From positions 1-51,074 of the forward strand of contig VBMN01000073.1 of assembly GCA_005878385.1 (NCBI GenBank): a stretch of DNA of 51,074 nt, given 5' to 3'. This document shows, in pieces, positions 25,860 through 35,824 of the stretch (positions within the stretch are counted from its first letter, which is position 1; each line of letters starts with the position of its first letter). The position numbers were made by a program, and so were the translations under genes. The notes below the pieces were generated by a model that saw only the letters and a program-made list of their open reading frames with translations, was not told where the DNA came from and ran no database searches. Source of the DNA: Methanobacteriota archaeon (lineage in GTDB: Archaea; Thermoplasmatota; Thermoplasmata; RBG-16-68-12).

Positions 25860-26699
25860 GTGCCGATCAACCAGGAGCGCGTCCGAAAGTTGATGGACCA
25901 CGGGTTGACGGAGTACCAAGCCCGCGTGTATCTCACGCTCCTCGACCTCGGCGCGGCGACCGCGAGCCAGATTTCGCCCCTGTCGAAAGTCCCTCGAACC
26001 CGGATCTATGGAACGATGCAACAGCTCCACCAGAAAGGGCTCGTGCAGATCCTACCGGAGACCCCGCTGCGGTACGAACCGGTCGCGTTTGACGCCTACC
26101 TGCGGGCCCTCGGCGAGGACCTCCGATCGCGAGCGAAGCAGATCGACGCAGGCCTCGACTCCTTCGCGCGGGAGTTCGCCATCAACGCCCAACGGGAGCC
26201 GGAGTCCGTCGGTCGGTTCGAGGCCATCTACGGGCGGAAGAATGTCCGGGAGCGCTTGCTCCGGATGTACGCGATCGCCTCGCGGGAGGTGATCGGGATC
26301 GGGACGACGAGGAGTCCGGGTCGGATTCTCGGGGCGTTTCGGCCCAGCATCGTCGAGAAGGCGACGCAGGGAGTGCGATTGAAATACGCCTTTTGCTTCA
26401 CGCCCGAGAACCGCGACGACGTCCGAATGCTCCTGAAGCACGCCGAGGTCCGTCACATCGACTTCCTCATGCCCGTCTACATGCACAACGTGGATGGGAA
26501 GGAGTTCCTCATGAGCCATCCCATCCCGGACGACGATTCTTCTTACCGAGGCGATGACATCGCGATCTGGACAAACGATCCCGCGATCGCGGACGCAATG
26601 TCGGAGATGTCCGAGCGGATCTGGGAGATGGGGAAGCCGGCGGCCGACGTGCTCGAGGAGCCGCGACCGACAAAACGAGTGGCCCTCACGCGCCCTTGA
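25860..26699 (+). CDS. TrmB-family transcriptional regulator
   Basis: N-terminal wHTH: [53 protein letters not shown] chose the GTG at 25860 (the ATG at 25893 is an alternative). The track ORF start at 25731 overlaps the divergent gene. Confidence 0.8.
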   Translation: MPINQERVRKLMDHGLTEYQARVYLTLLDLGAATASQISPLSKVPRTRIYGTMQQLHQKGLVQILPETPLRYEPVAFDAYLRALGEDLRSRAKQIDAGLDSFAREFAINAQREPESVGRFEAIYGRKNVRERLLRMYAIASREVIGIGTTRSPGRILGAFRPSIVEKATQGVRLKYAFCFTPENRDDVRMLLKHAEVRHIDFLMPVYMHNVDGKEFLMSHPIPDDDSSYRGDDIAIWTNDPAIADAMSEMSERIWEMGKPAADVLEEPRPTKRVALTRP

Positions 26700-27669
26700 A
26701 CGTCATCCGCTCGATGAGTCGGGTAAGATCCGTCCGCGGCTCGCCGTTCGGCCCCGCGATCGACTGCAATGCCGGCGGGCTGTCCATGTAGGTCGGGACG
26801 CGTTGCATGATCCGTTCCTCGAAGGTGGGGACGTGTTCGCTCTTGAAGAACACGCCGATCGGGATGCGATCCCCCCACTCGAGCGCCTTCTCCAGCGCCT
26901 GCGTGGCCTTCTTCTCGAGCTGGGACGGTTCGTGGACGACCGGATCGTAGCCTTCGTCCTCGAGCTTGTAGACCCGCGGAAGCGATCGGCCGTTGTTCGT
27001 CTCCTTCCGATCTTCGCCGCCGTACCATTCCTTGGTGTTGATGTCGTTGTACGTGGGGCAAGGTTGCAGGACATCGAGGAAGGCGTACCCCTTGTGCTCG
27101 ATTCCCTGCTTCAGGAGCGAGACCAGGTGCTTGATATCGTAGGAATATCCACGGCCGACCCAGGTCGCGCCCGCGGCTAGGGCGAGCCAAATCGGATTCA
27201 CCGCGTCGTTGATGTTCGGGTGCGCCAGGGACTTCGTCTGGACGCCGAGCTTGAGGGTCGGCGCCGCCTGTCCCTTCGTGAGGCCGTACACGCCGTTGTC
27301 ATGGATCACGTACAACATGTCCAGGTTCCGTCGGCCCGCATTTACGAAGTGACCGCCGCCGATTCCGAGACCGTCTCCGTCCCCGCTGAGACACAGGACC
27401 TTCAGTTGCGGGTTCGCGAGCTTCACCCCGGTCGCGTACGGAAGCGCCCGCCCGTGCAAGGTGTGCACCCCATATGTCTTCACGTAGTGGATCGTCTTCG
27501 CGGAGCAGCCGATCCCCGAGACGATCGTCACCCGGTGCGGCTCCATCCGAAGTTCGGCGAGGGCCATCTGGATCGTCCGAAGGATGCCGAAGTCCCCGCA
27601 TCCCGGACACCAGTCGTTGTGGACTTCCGTTGCAAAGTCCGACGGCTTCATCACCTGTTCAAGCGCCAC
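26686..27669 (-). CDS. 2-oxoacid:ferredoxin oxidoreductase, beta subunit (TPP-binding)
   Basis: [44 protein letters not shown]. Confidence 0.9.
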   Translation of the reverse strand: MALEQVMKPSDFATEVHNDWCPGCGDFGILRTIQMALAELRMEPHRVTIVSGIGCSAKTIHYVKTYGVHTLHGRALPYATGVKLANPQLKVLCLSGDGDGLGIGGGHFVNAGRRNLDMLYVIHDNGVYGLTKGQAAPTLKLGVQTKSLAHPNINDAVNPIWLALAAGATWVGRGYSYDIKHLVSLLKQGIEHKGYAFLDVLQPCPTYNDINTKEWYGGEDRKETNNGRSLPRVYKLEDEGYDPVVHEPSQLEKKATQALEKALEWGDRIPIGVFFKSEHVPTFEERIMQRVPTYMDSPPALQSIAGPNGEPRTDLTRLIERMTFKGA

Positions 27670-29632
27670 GGGTCAGCACCGTCCTCTTCTCGGCCTTGCC
27701 AGCGAGCACGGAACGAAGGGCGTCGTACAACTCCGTGTTCGACATCGGCCGACCGTTGTATTTCAGGATGAAATGGGTCATCTCGATCCCCGTGTGTTCG
27801 CGAACGACGCCGGCCAACTGGGCGCCGAAGTTCATCTCGAGGCCGATGCGCCGCTTCGCCTTCGCCAAGAACTTCCGAACTCCGTCGACGGGGAACGGGT
27901 TGATCAGCCGCATGTGGAGATAGCCAATCTTTGCACCTTCCGCCCACAGGCGGTCCAGCGCGTCGAGGACGGCCCCCTTCGTCGAACCCCATGAGACAAT
28001 CACGGTGCCGGCGTCCTTCGGGCCGAAGTAGTTCATCTTCACATCGGCAGGGATCTCGCGAGCCGCCAGGTCCAACTTCGCGAACCGCTTCTCCATCATG
28101 GCGTTCCGCAGGCCGGGATCCTCCGTGATGTGCCCCATCTCATCGTGCTCGTCCCCGGTGTTCCAGAAAATCGTTCCTTCCTGTCCGAGCAACGCACGAG
28201 GGGACACAGGTCCGTTCCCGAGGTCGAACCGCTTGTACGGGTCCTCCTTCGAGTAGCCGTTGTTCGCGAGGGCGAGGGCACCGCGTTCGATCCGAAGATC
28301 GGAGAGGTCCGGCGGCGCGATCGTCGCATAGCTGTTCGCGAGGGCCTTGTCGACCAAGTGGATGACGGGCATCTGGTATCGCTCCGCATAATTGAACGCG
28401 AGAAACCCGTCTCGGATGCACTCCTCGAAGTCGCCGGACGCGAGGACGATCCGCGGGCTTTCGCCGTGCCCCGCGTGCAATGCGAACCGGAGGTCGCCCT
28501 GTTCGTGCCGCGTCGGCATGCCCGTGCTAGGACCGGCCCGCTGGTAGAGCGTGATCACAAGGGGGACCTCATTGATCGAGGCCCATCCGATCCCCTCCAT
28601 CATCAGAGAGAAGCCGGGCCCCGACGTCGCGGTGGCAGACCGGGCTCCCGTCAAGGCGGCCCCGGTGGCCATCGTGACCGCGGCGATCTCGTCCTCGGTC
28701 TGCACGACCAACATGGAAGCGCCCTTCTCCTTGCCACCGGTCTCCGGGACCAGGCCATGGCCGTTCAGGTCGAGGATTTCGTTCTCCTCGAGGAACTCGC
28801 TCTCGTCGGAGGCGGGGGTAATCGGGTAGTATGTCTGGAACCGCATGCCTCCATAGAGCTTGCCCAAGGCGGTCGCCTGGCTGCCCGTGAGGAACAACCG
28901 AGGCTCCTTCTGAGCCACCTTCTCAAGGCGATACCGGAAGTCCGGGACGAGCGATCGCGCGAGCGCGTACGCTTTCTGTGCACCCGCGGCGTTCATGTTC
29001 ACGATCTTGGCCTTCGCCCGGAAGACCTCCTCGAGGGAACCCCGCATCATCGCGAAGTCGAACCCGAGCAAGCCGAAGGACGCGCCGACCGCGAGCATGT
29101 TCACGACCCGCGAGATCTTGCTCAGCTGGTCGACCTGAAACTCGTCGGCGATTTGCTCCAGGAGCTCCTTGAACGGAATGGGCACGAGGGCGACGCCCCG
29201 TTGCTTGGAGGCGGCCAGCATGTCGTCCAGCGTCTCGCCGACGCCATGCGAAATGAGATAGGTCTTGAGGTCGGCGGCTAGCCGCTTCTCGATCGTCGGG
29301 ATATCCGAGAGTCGAGTCTTGGCCAACGACGGATCGTAGACGATGGCCCCGTCATCCGTGACCGCCCGGGCATGGCGGAACAACGTCTCCGCCTCGAATG
29401 TCGCGAGGACATTCACCGCATCGATGTGGGACCGTACCAGATTCGTGTGGGCACGGAGGGCAAAGTAGGAATGCTCTCCCATGATGTTTGAATAGAACTC
29501 GCGCTTGCCGAAGACGTTCAGGCCGCCGGCGGCACACGCCCGCGCGAAGACGTTCGCGGACGAATCCACGCCGCTCCCTTGCGGACCTCCAATGAGCCAC
29601 GAAAGATCGTTGACTAGAATCGGGGGAGACAT
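27659..29632 (-). CDS. 2-oxoacid:ferredoxin oxidoreductase, alpha subunit (fused gamma-alpha, two-subunit type)
   Basis: 657 aa. N-terminal gamma-like [14 protein letters not shown], then the alpha core [10 protein letters not shown] and [12 protein letters not shown]. It overlaps the beta gene by 11 nt. No delta-ferredoxin gene is adjacent. Confidence 0.9.
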   Translation of the reverse strand: MSPPILVNDLSWLIGGPQGSGVDSSANVFARACAAGGLNVFGKREFYSNIMGEHSYFALRAHTNLVRSHIDAVNVLATFEAETLFRHARAVTDDGAIVYDPSLAKTRLSDIPTIEKRLAADLKTYLISHGVGETLDDMLAASKQRGVALVPIPFKELLEQIADEFQVDQLSKISRVVNMLAVGASFGLLGFDFAMMRGSLEEVFRAKAKIVNMNAAGAQKAYALARSLVPDFRYRLEKVAQKEPRLFLTGSQATALGKLYGGMRFQTYYPITPASDESEFLEENEILDLNGHGLVPETGGKEKGASMLVVQTEDEIAAVTMATGAALTGARSATATSGPGFSLMMEGIGWASINEVPLVITLYQRAGPSTGMPTRHEQGDLRFALHAGHGESPRIVLASGDFEECIRDGFLAFNYAERYQMPVIHLVDKALANSYATIAPPDLSDLRIERGALALANNGYSKEDPYKRFDLGNGPVSPRALLGQEGTIFWNTGDEHDEMGHITEDPGLRNAMMEKRFAKLDLAAREIPADVKMNYFGPKDAGTVIVSWGSTKGAVLDALDRLWAEGAKIGYLHMRLINPFPVDGVRKFLAKAKRRIGLEMNFGAQLAGVVREHTGIEMTHFILKYNGRPMSNTELYDALRSVLAGKAEKRTVLTRGA

Positions 29633-29669
29633 GAGTCCCTCACGCGGACGCCGAAAGGCGGGAGCCTTC

Positions 29670-29691
29670 TTGGGGATTTAGCAATTCCCAA
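29670..29691 (-). promoter_or_regulatory. Imperfect inverted repeat with embedded TATA-like GCTAAAT upstream of the oxidoreductase operon
   Basis: TTGGGGATT (29670-29678) / AATTCCCAA (29683-29691), 8 of 9 positions complementary, with a 4-nt spacer. It lies 40-60 nt upstream of the ATG at 29632. Confidence 0.3.
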
Positions 29692-29791
29692 CGGATTCCG
29701 CCCCTGGATTCGACCACACAAATGGGACGCAAGCGCACCTTATCAAACCTTTCCTCCCGGTTCTGTCGAACGCGAATCGGACGTCGACGAA

Positions 29792-30778
29792 CTAGGGAGA
29801 GAGTTGGTTCCCCGTGCCAACCTTCGGCGCGCGACCGCGTGGCAGAGTGAGCTGTTGCATGAACCCTTCCATGAACTGGAAGCGGTTGCGCAACGTCACC
29901 TCGCTCACGCCCGCAATTTTCGCGATCGCCTTTTGCGGACGGCGTTCCCCGGACGCCAAGGAGGCCAAATAGATGGCGGCCGCGGCGGTGCCCGACGGCG
30001 AGAGCGACATCGAGTTGTCGATCTTCTCCAGCTCCTTCAGAATCTTCTGTGATTCCGCCTCCACCGCGATGCTCAAACCGAGTCGAGAACAGAAGCGGCT
30101 CACGTAATCAGACGGCCGGGATGGGGGGACGCGCAGCGTGAGGGTGCGGAGCAGCGCACCATACGCCTTTCCGATTGTCTTCTTCCGGACGCCGGTCACC
30201 TGCTGCAGCTCATCGAGAGTCCGAGGCACCCCATCGATCCGGCATGCGGCATACACCGCGGCAGCCACGATCGCCTCGATGGAGCGCCCCCGCACGAGGC
30301 CTTTTTCGAGCGCCTTCTTGCAGATGAAACCGGCTTCGTCCTTGACGGGCCGCGGCAGGCCCATCAGGGAGGCCACGCGATCCAAGGATCGGATCGTCTC
30401 GGGAAGGCTCCGCTCGCCGGGACGAGAATGGCCCGAATGCCGCTGGAGCTTCCGCATGCGGTAGAATTTCTCCCGTTCCCGGAGAGGAATTGTGTTCCCG
30501 CGGGCGTCTCGGTTCGCAAGGGGGATGACCGTAGTAAGGCCGGACGCGCCCGCGACGGAGCTTCGAGGGGCGCCGGTCCGGGCGAGCCGGTCGTTCTCTT
30601 CGACCGAATAGGCAGCCCATTCGGGCCCTTCGTCGATCGCACTCTCGCTGATCACAAGGCCACAGGAATCGCAGACTAGCTCTCCGCGCGCATAGTCGCG
30701 CACGAGGTGCTCGCTGCTGCACTCGGGACAGACCCGGTCTTCTTCGACCACCGGATCCGCCGGCGTCGTGGTTGGCAT
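29792..30778 (-). CDS. tfb: Transcription initiation factor IIB (TFB)
   Basis: N-terminal Zn ribbon CPECSS...CDSCG, B-finger/linker region and two cyclin-like repeats (RGRSIEAIVAAAVYAACR..., AAAAIYLAS...). Confidence 0.93.
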   Translation of the reverse strand: MPTTTPADPVVEEDRVCPECSSEHLVRDYARGELVCDSCGLVISESAIDEGPEWAAYSVEENDRLARTGAPRSSVAGASGLTTVIPLANRDARGNTIPLREREKFYRMRKLQRHSGHSRPGERSLPETIRSLDRVASLMGLPRPVKDEAGFICKKALEKGLVRGRSIEAIVAAAVYAACRIDGVPRTLDELQQVTGVRKKTIGKAYGALLRTLTLRVPPSRPSDYVSRFCSRLGLSIAVEAESQKILKELEKIDNSMSLSPSGTAAAAIYLASLASGERRPQKAIAKIAGVSEVTLRNRFQFMEGFMQQLTLPRGRAPKVGTGNQLSP

Positions 30779-30817
30779 GGGCTACTTCCCTTGCCCGCGG
30801 TGGGTCTTCAGGTCGCC

Positions 30818-30840
30818 TAAATATAACGCGTTTATATTAT
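30818..30840. promoter_or_regulatory. Back-to-back divergent TATA boxes (TFB promoter and a plus-strand promoter)
   Basis: TAAATATAA-CGCG-TTTATATTAT. The minus strand reads TTATATTTA ~44 nt upstream of the tfb ATG (30778). The plus strand reads TTTATATTA at 30831-30839. Confidence 0.6.
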
Positions 30841-30843
30841 ACC

Positions 30844-30865
30844 TTGTCACCGTGCTCAGTGACAA
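30844..30865 (+). repeat. Perfect palindrome TTGTCAC-N8-GTGACAA immediately downstream of the plus-strand TATA box
   Basis: 30844-30850 pairs with 30859-30865 (7 bp). It overlaps the expected transcription start ~25 nt downstream of the TATA. Confidence 0.6.
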
Positions 30866-31089
30866 CTTACGGGTAACCGTTTGGATAGGGAGAGGAGGGA
30901 GACCGTCGGGACGAGACACGTCCTAATGCCCGGTGACGACCTCGTGGGGCCGTCGAAGGGCTTTGGGCGTGTCGAAGCCACGACCCTGGCCCGGCTTTGG
31001 ACCGTACCGCTCCAAGCCTCCATCGAGGTACGTACGCATCATTGACAAGCTTAATGTTCCTCTTGTTCTGTCGTCCGAACGCACATCCT

Positions 31090-32508
31090 ATGACCGACTA
31101 CCGCATCGAAAAGGACTTCCTGGGAGAACTGAAGGTTCCGAAGGAGGCCTACTGGGGCGCCCAGACGCAACGAGCCATCGAAAACTTCCCGATCAGTGGG
31201 ATCCGCTTCGGGCGGCGCTTCATCTACGCGCTCGGCCTGATCAAGATGGCCGCGGCCCAGACGAACATGGAGCTCGGTCTGCTCGACTCGAAAATCGGGA
31301 AGGCGATCGTCCAGGCGTGCCAGGAGGTCATGGACGGCAAGCTGGATGCCCAGTTCCCGCTCGACGTCTTCCAGACCGGGAGCGGCACGTCGACGAACAT
31401 GAACGCGAACGAGGTGATCGCGAACCGCGCGAATGAGATCCTCGGTCACCCGCTCGGTGAAAAAGGGCCCGTCCATCCGAACGACCACGTGAACATGGGC
31501 CAGTCCTCGAACGATGTGATTCCGACCGCGATTCACGTCGCGGCGCTGATGGAGATCGACCACAACCTCCTCCCCGCTCTCCGCGAACTCGAGGATAGTT
31601 TGGCGAAGAAGGCGAAGGAGTTCGATCCGATCGTGAAGTCGGGACGCACCCACTTGATGGACGCGACCCCGATTCGACTCGGTCAGGAGTTCTCCGGGTA
31701 CCAGTCCCAGATTGACCACGGGATCCGGCGTGTCTCCTCCTGCCGGGCGGCACTTGCGGAGCTGGCGATCGGAGGGACCGCCGTTGGAACCGGGATCAAC
31801 GCGCACCCGGAGTTCCCTGGGCGCGTCGTCGAAAAGATCAGCGCGGCCACGAACACGAAGTTCCGTGTCGCGGAGAACCACTTCGAGGCGCAGGCGTCCC
31901 AGGACGCCCTCGTCGAAGCGAGCGGGGCGATTCGGACCGTCGCCGTGTCAATGATCAAGATCGCGAACGACCTCCGGTGGCTGGGCTCGGGGCCTCACAC
32001 GGGCCTGAGGGAGCTCAATCTTCCTCCGGTCCAGCCCGGTTCGTCGATCATGCCGGGGAAGGTGAATCCGGTCATCCCCGAGGCGGTCATGCAGGTGGGC
32101 GTCACGGTGATCGGCAACGATGTCGCGATCGCGGTGGCAAACTCCCATTCCAACCTCGACCTGTGCACGATGATGACGGTGATGTCGCAGCGCCTCTCGC
32201 AGAACATCGAGCTGCTCGCGAACGTGTCTCGGGTATTCGCGCATCGATGCATCGAAGGGATCAGCGCGAACATCGACGTCCTGCAGCGGTACGCGGAATC
32301 GAGCCCCGCCATTGCCACGACCCTGAATCTCCTGATCGGGTACGAGAAGGCCGCGGAAATCGCGAAGGAGTCGGGCCGGACCGGGAAGACGGTGAAACAA
32401 CTCGTGATCGAGAAGGGCATTCTGTCGGCGGAGGAAGCGGAAAAGGTATTGGACCCCAGGCACCTCACGACCCCGAGCAAGGATCTGCTCGGGGGCGGTG
32501 GCGGCTGA
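31090..32508 (+). CDS. Aspartate ammonia-lyase / class II fumarate hydratase family enzyme
   Basis: MTDYRIEKDFLGELKVPKEAYWGAQTQRAIENFPISG, signature GSSIMPGKVNP. It has features of both AspA (KVNPVIPE) and FumC (WGAQTQR), so I leave the subfamily unresolved. The start is the ATG at 31090. Confidence 0.85.
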   Translation: MTDYRIEKDFLGELKVPKEAYWGAQTQRAIENFPISGIRFGRRFIYALGLIKMAAAQTNMELGLLDSKIGKAIVQACQEVMDGKLDAQFPLDVFQTGSGTSTNMNANEVIANRANEILGHPLGEKGPVHPNDHVNMGQSSNDVIPTAIHVAALMEIDHNLLPALRELEDSLAKKAKEFDPIVKSGRTHLMDATPIRLGQEFSGYQSQIDHGIRRVSSCRAALAELAIGGTAVGTGINAHPEFPGRVVEKISAATNTKFRVAENHFEAQASQDALVEASGAIRTVAVSMIKIANDLRWLGSGPHTGLRELNLPPVQPGSSIMPGKVNPVIPEAVMQVGVTVIGNDVAIAVANSHSNLDLCTMMTVMSQRLSQNIELLANVSRVFAHRCIEGISANIDVLQRYAESSPAIATTLNLLIGYEKAAEIAKESGRTGKTVKQLVIEKGILSAEEAEKVLDPRHLTTPSKDLLGGGGG

Positions 32509-32519
32509 CCGATCGACGA

Positions 32520-32864
32520 GTGAAGAATCCCTCGGAAATCGTGGTGTTGTTCAAGACTCACCTGCGCGCGGGCGCTGACAAGGAAGAGTACGCAAAGACG
32601 TCACGCCGGATGCACGAGCTCGTCGAAACCATCCCCGGTTTCATCTCGATCAAAGGGTACATGGGGGAGGACGGCGACGAGATTGATATCGTCCGGTTCA
32701 AGACGGAGAAGGCGCTTGAGGCATGGCGGACGCAAGCGGAGCATCGAACGACGCAGGAACGTGGGCGTGAGGAGTTCTACGACCATTATTGGGTCCAGGC
32801 TTGCCGGGTGTTCCGCGAATACGAGTTCTGGTTGGGGCCTCACCCGGATTCAGGGGGAGCCTGA
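32520..32864 (+). CDS. Antibiotic-biosynthesis-monooxygenase (ABM)-like small protein
   Basis: 114 aa starting at the GTG at 32520. Ferredoxin-like pattern IVVLFKTHLR...GFISIKGY...IDIVRFKTEKALEAWR. It occupies the 3' part of an otherwise out-of-frame track ORF (31977..32864). Confidence 0.55.
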   Translation: MKNPSEIVVLFKTHLRAGADKEEYAKTSRRMHELVETIPGFISIKGYMGEDGDEIDIVRFKTEKALEAWRTQAEHRTTQERGREEFYDHYWVQACRVFREYEFWLGPHPDSGGA

Positions 32865-32867
32865 CGG

Positions 32868-34364
32868 TCATCCGCCGGTGAGCTTCGCGGTATCAATCTG
32901 GGCTCGTTGGAGCCGCCCGGAATAGTCCACGTAGATCGTCTTCCAATAGGTGAACTCGTCGAGAGCCGTCGTCCCTGCCTCCCGGGTATCGGTGGGTCCG
33001 GTCTCCTTCACACCGCCGAACGGCAATTGCACCTCCGCCCCGATGGTCGGGGCATTGACGTAGGTGATGCCCGCCTCAAGCTCCTGCATTGCGCGGAACG
33101 CCCACCGCAGGTCATTCGTGTAAATCGATGAGCTGAGGCCGTACTTGACCGAATTTGCAATCGCGACGGCGTCGTCGAAATCCTTCGCTTTCAGGACGCT
33201 GAGGACGGGCCCGAAGATCTCCTCCAGCGCGAGGCGCTTCCGGCGGTCGACGGCAAAGACGGTCGGGGCGATGAAGAACCCTTTGTCGTATACGCCTCCG
33301 GCGAGCTTTTTCCCGCCCGTGATCAGCGTGTCGCCCTCCTTCCGGCCAATCTCGATGTATTCGAGGACCTTCTTCTCCTGGTCCGCGGAGGCCACGGGAC
33401 CCATGTCCGTCTTTTCATCGATCGGATTCCCGACCCGTAGTTTCTCAGCCCGTTTCGCGAGATCGTCCACTACCTGATCGTAGATTTTCTGATGGACGAT
33501 GAGACGCGAGGACGCGGTGCACCGTTGTCCCGCCGTTCCAAAGGCGCCGAACATCACACCGTCCATAAGGAGCTCGAGGTTCGCGTCGTCCATCGCGATG
33601 ATCGGATTCTTGCCTCCCAACTCCAGTCCGACTTTGATCATCTTCTTCGCCGCGGTCTCGTACACGTGCCGACCGGTGTCGACACCGCCCGTGAAGGAGA
33701 TGACCCGAAGGTCGGGATGGGCCACGAGCCCGTCCCCAACGACGGAGCCGCTCCCAGTTAGCAGGTTCACCACACCTGGCGGAAATCCCGCTTCGTCGAG
33801 CACCTCGACGAGCTTCGCCGCACAGAGTGGGGTGAGGCTCGACGGCTTGAGGACGAAGGGACATCCCGCGATCAACGCGGCCCCGCTCTTCCACGCGGGA
33901 ATCGCCATCGGGAAGTTCCATGGCGTGATCAGGCCGACCGGGCCGACCGGCATCCGGACGGTCAGGCACATCTTGTTCGGCAACTCGGACGGGACCGTCT
34001 CGCCGAACATCCGGCGGCCCTCGCCCGCGGCGTACTCATAGAAGTCGATCACTTCCTGGACGTCGCCACGGCCTTCGGCGATTACCTTTCCCATTTCCGT
34101 CGTGACGACTCGCCCCAGTTCCTCTTTCTTCCGTCGAAAGATCCGGGCCGCTTCGAGGAGAATCTCACCGCGCCGTGGGGCCGTGGTCTTCCGCCATTTT
34201 TCGAAGGCCCCCTTCGCGGCATGAGCCGCCCCACCCAATTCGTCCTTCGTCGCGAGCGGGAACGTGGCGAGGACTTCGCCGGTCGCTGGGTTCCGAGTCT
34301 CGAACCGCTTGCCCTCGGACTTCCTCCATTTCCCGTCGATGAACAGTCCGTACTCCTGGACCAT
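32868..34364 (-). CDS. NAD(P)+-dependent aldehyde dehydrogenase
   Basis: ITPWNFP, FTGGVDTGR, LELGGKNP, FGTAGQRCTA (catalytic Cys). The ATG (M9) at 34364 gives the usual MVQEYGLFIDGKW N-terminus. Confidence 0.9.
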   Translation of the reverse strand: MVQEYGLFIDGKWRKSEGKRFETRNPATGEVLATFPLATKDELGGAAHAAKGAFEKWRKTTAPRRGEILLEAARIFRRKKEELGRVVTTEMGKVIAEGRGDVQEVIDFYEYAAGEGRRMFGETVPSELPNKMCLTVRMPVGPVGLITPWNFPMAIPAWKSGAALIAGCPFVLKPSSLTPLCAAKLVEVLDEAGFPPGVVNLLTGSGSVVGDGLVAHPDLRVISFTGGVDTGRHVYETAAKKMIKVGLELGGKNPIIAMDDANLELLMDGVMFGAFGTAGQRCTASSRLIVHQKIYDQVVDDLAKRAEKLRVGNPIDEKTDMGPVASADQEKKVLEYIEIGRKEGDTLITGGKKLAGGVYDKGFFIAPTVFAVDRRKRLALEEIFGPVLSVLKAKDFDDAVAIANSVKYGLSSSIYTNDLRWAFRAMQELEAGITYVNAPTIGAEVQLPFGGVKETGPTDTREAGTTALDEFTYWKTIYVDYSGRLQRAQIDTAKLTGG

Positions 34365-34459
34365 GGGCCTCGCCCGTGTGCGTGTCAAGGTCCCACGAGG
34401 CTAATACCTTACTCCCTCTCTCGGGCGACGCGACCCGTTCGAACGAGCCCGAGGTTCTC

Positions 34460-35743
34460 TTAGCCCGTGCGTTTCAGAATGGCCACGGCAGCCTTTCGAA
34501 GATCGTCCGCGATGACGTCCGGCGACCAGGGATGCACGTCCGCCTCGAATCGCTTCCGCCAGGATGGGGGACCGACCCAGGCGGTGTGGCATCCGAAGGC
34601 GCGGCCGGTCTGCACATCGAGCGGCTTGTCGCCGACCATCCACGCGTTCCTCGGCCGCACGCCGAGATCGCGCGCGGCGGCGAGGAGCATTCCGGGACGC
34701 GGCTTACGGCACGCGCACTCCGAGAGCACGTGATGCGGACAATAGTAGATCTCGGAAATCCGGATGCCTTCCGTTCGAAGGGAAGCAAGCATGCGGTCGT
34801 GGATTCGCCTGAGTTGGCGTTCGGGCACCAACTTCCACCCGGACGCATCTTGATTCGTCACAATCACGAGGCGCCAACCATGCTCCTGGAACAATCGCAT
34901 GCCCGCAATCGCACTGGGCAGAAACTCGAACTGCTCCGGGGTGCGGACGTATCCGGGGCGTCCGCGATTGATCACGCCGTCACGGTCCAGCAACACGGTC
35001 GGCACGTCGGCCGGTTTCGTCCTTTCCGACAACCCGTGGCGCTTCACGTGCAACGCTCGCCGGGCCACCGGAGATTGCAAGAAGAAATCCACGAGTCCCC
35101 ACTTCGCGAATGGGTTGCGGGTCAGGGTCAGTCCCTTGTCCACTGTGAACCAAGCCGCCTCCTCGATCTCGTCCGCCTTGAGTCGAAAACGGTCCGACTT
35201 GAGATGACCTTTGTACACGAAGCCCAACGTGTACGCCGGCTTTCCCGGAAATCCGGACACGTAGACGTTCAGGAGACCGTCGAGCACGACTTGGGTCCCG
35301 ATCTCCTCCTTCGCCTCCCGTTCGACCCCTGCCTCGGGCCCCTCTCCATAATCCATGAAACCACCGGGGATGTTCCAATGCCCTTTCGAATATCCGCGCA
35401 CGGCCTTGACCATCAACACCCGCGGTCCTTTCGAGAGGATGACTTCGGAGACGCAACGGATCATCGTCGTGTAGATCGCGCGTTTCACGAGCGGGTCGAC
35501 GTCGGTCCGTTCGAACACGGAATCCCGTCCCATCCACTCTTCGGGATGGTGGTCGAGCCGCGGCGTGCGCTTCACGACACGGTCCTCACCGAAGTCCATG
35601 ACGCCGTTCGGATCCGTGCGGAATGGGAGGCTCTCTTCCCCTCGGGGAAAGCGATATTTACCGCGGTCCCGGACCAGGAAGACCTGCCCGTCCGTCTCGA
35701 CGAACACGTGCTCGCGCCTCCGCCTCTTGGCCATTCCTCCCAA
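34460..35743 (-). CDS. Fusion protein: N-terminal unknown region + NUDIX hydrolase + HAD-IIIA phosphatase (GmhB / histidinol-phosphatase-like)
   Basis: Nudix box GGFMDYGEGPEAGVEREAKEEIG. HAD part: LLDRDGVIN, IVTNQ, Zn-loop YYCPHHVLSECACRKPRPGM, MVGDKPLD. Confidence 0.8.
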   Translation of the reverse strand: MGGMAKRRRREHVFVETDGQVFLVRDRGKYRFPRGEESLPFRTDPNGVMDFGEDRVVKRTPRLDHHPEEWMGRDSVFERTDVDPLVKRAIYTTMIRCVSEVILSKGPRVLMVKAVRGYSKGHWNIPGGFMDYGEGPEAGVEREAKEEIGTQVVLDGLLNVYVSGFPGKPAYTLGFVYKGHLKSDRFRLKADEIEEAAWFTVDKGLTLTRNPFAKWGLVDFFLQSPVARRALHVKRHGLSERTKPADVPTVLLDRDGVINRGRPGYVRTPEQFEFLPSAIAGMRLFQEHGWRLVIVTNQDASGWKLVPERQLRRIHDRMLASLRTEGIRISEIYYCPHHVLSECACRKPRPGMLLAAARDLGVRPRNAWMVGDKPLDVQTGRAFGCHTAWVGPPSWRKRFEADVHPWSPDVIADDLRKAAVAILKRTG

Positions 35744-35824
35744 CCATGCCTGTGGGCCATATTAAATGCTCACGGGAAGCCACTCGCGAACCCGTGTCTC
35801 AATCGGCCAGATCGATCCGAGATC

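Noticed and set aside
30860-31089. Known structured RNA (RNase P RNA, SRP/7S RNA, C/D-box or H/ACA sRNA, tRNA) in the unassigned interval downstream of the strong TATA
   Set aside because: There is no GAGGAAAGTCC-type CR-I block and no SRP helix-8-like GNAR/GGAA motifs. There is no UGAUGA/CUGA box pair, no ACA-terminated hairpin and no cloverleaf. The interval is left as an unassigned transcript candidate.
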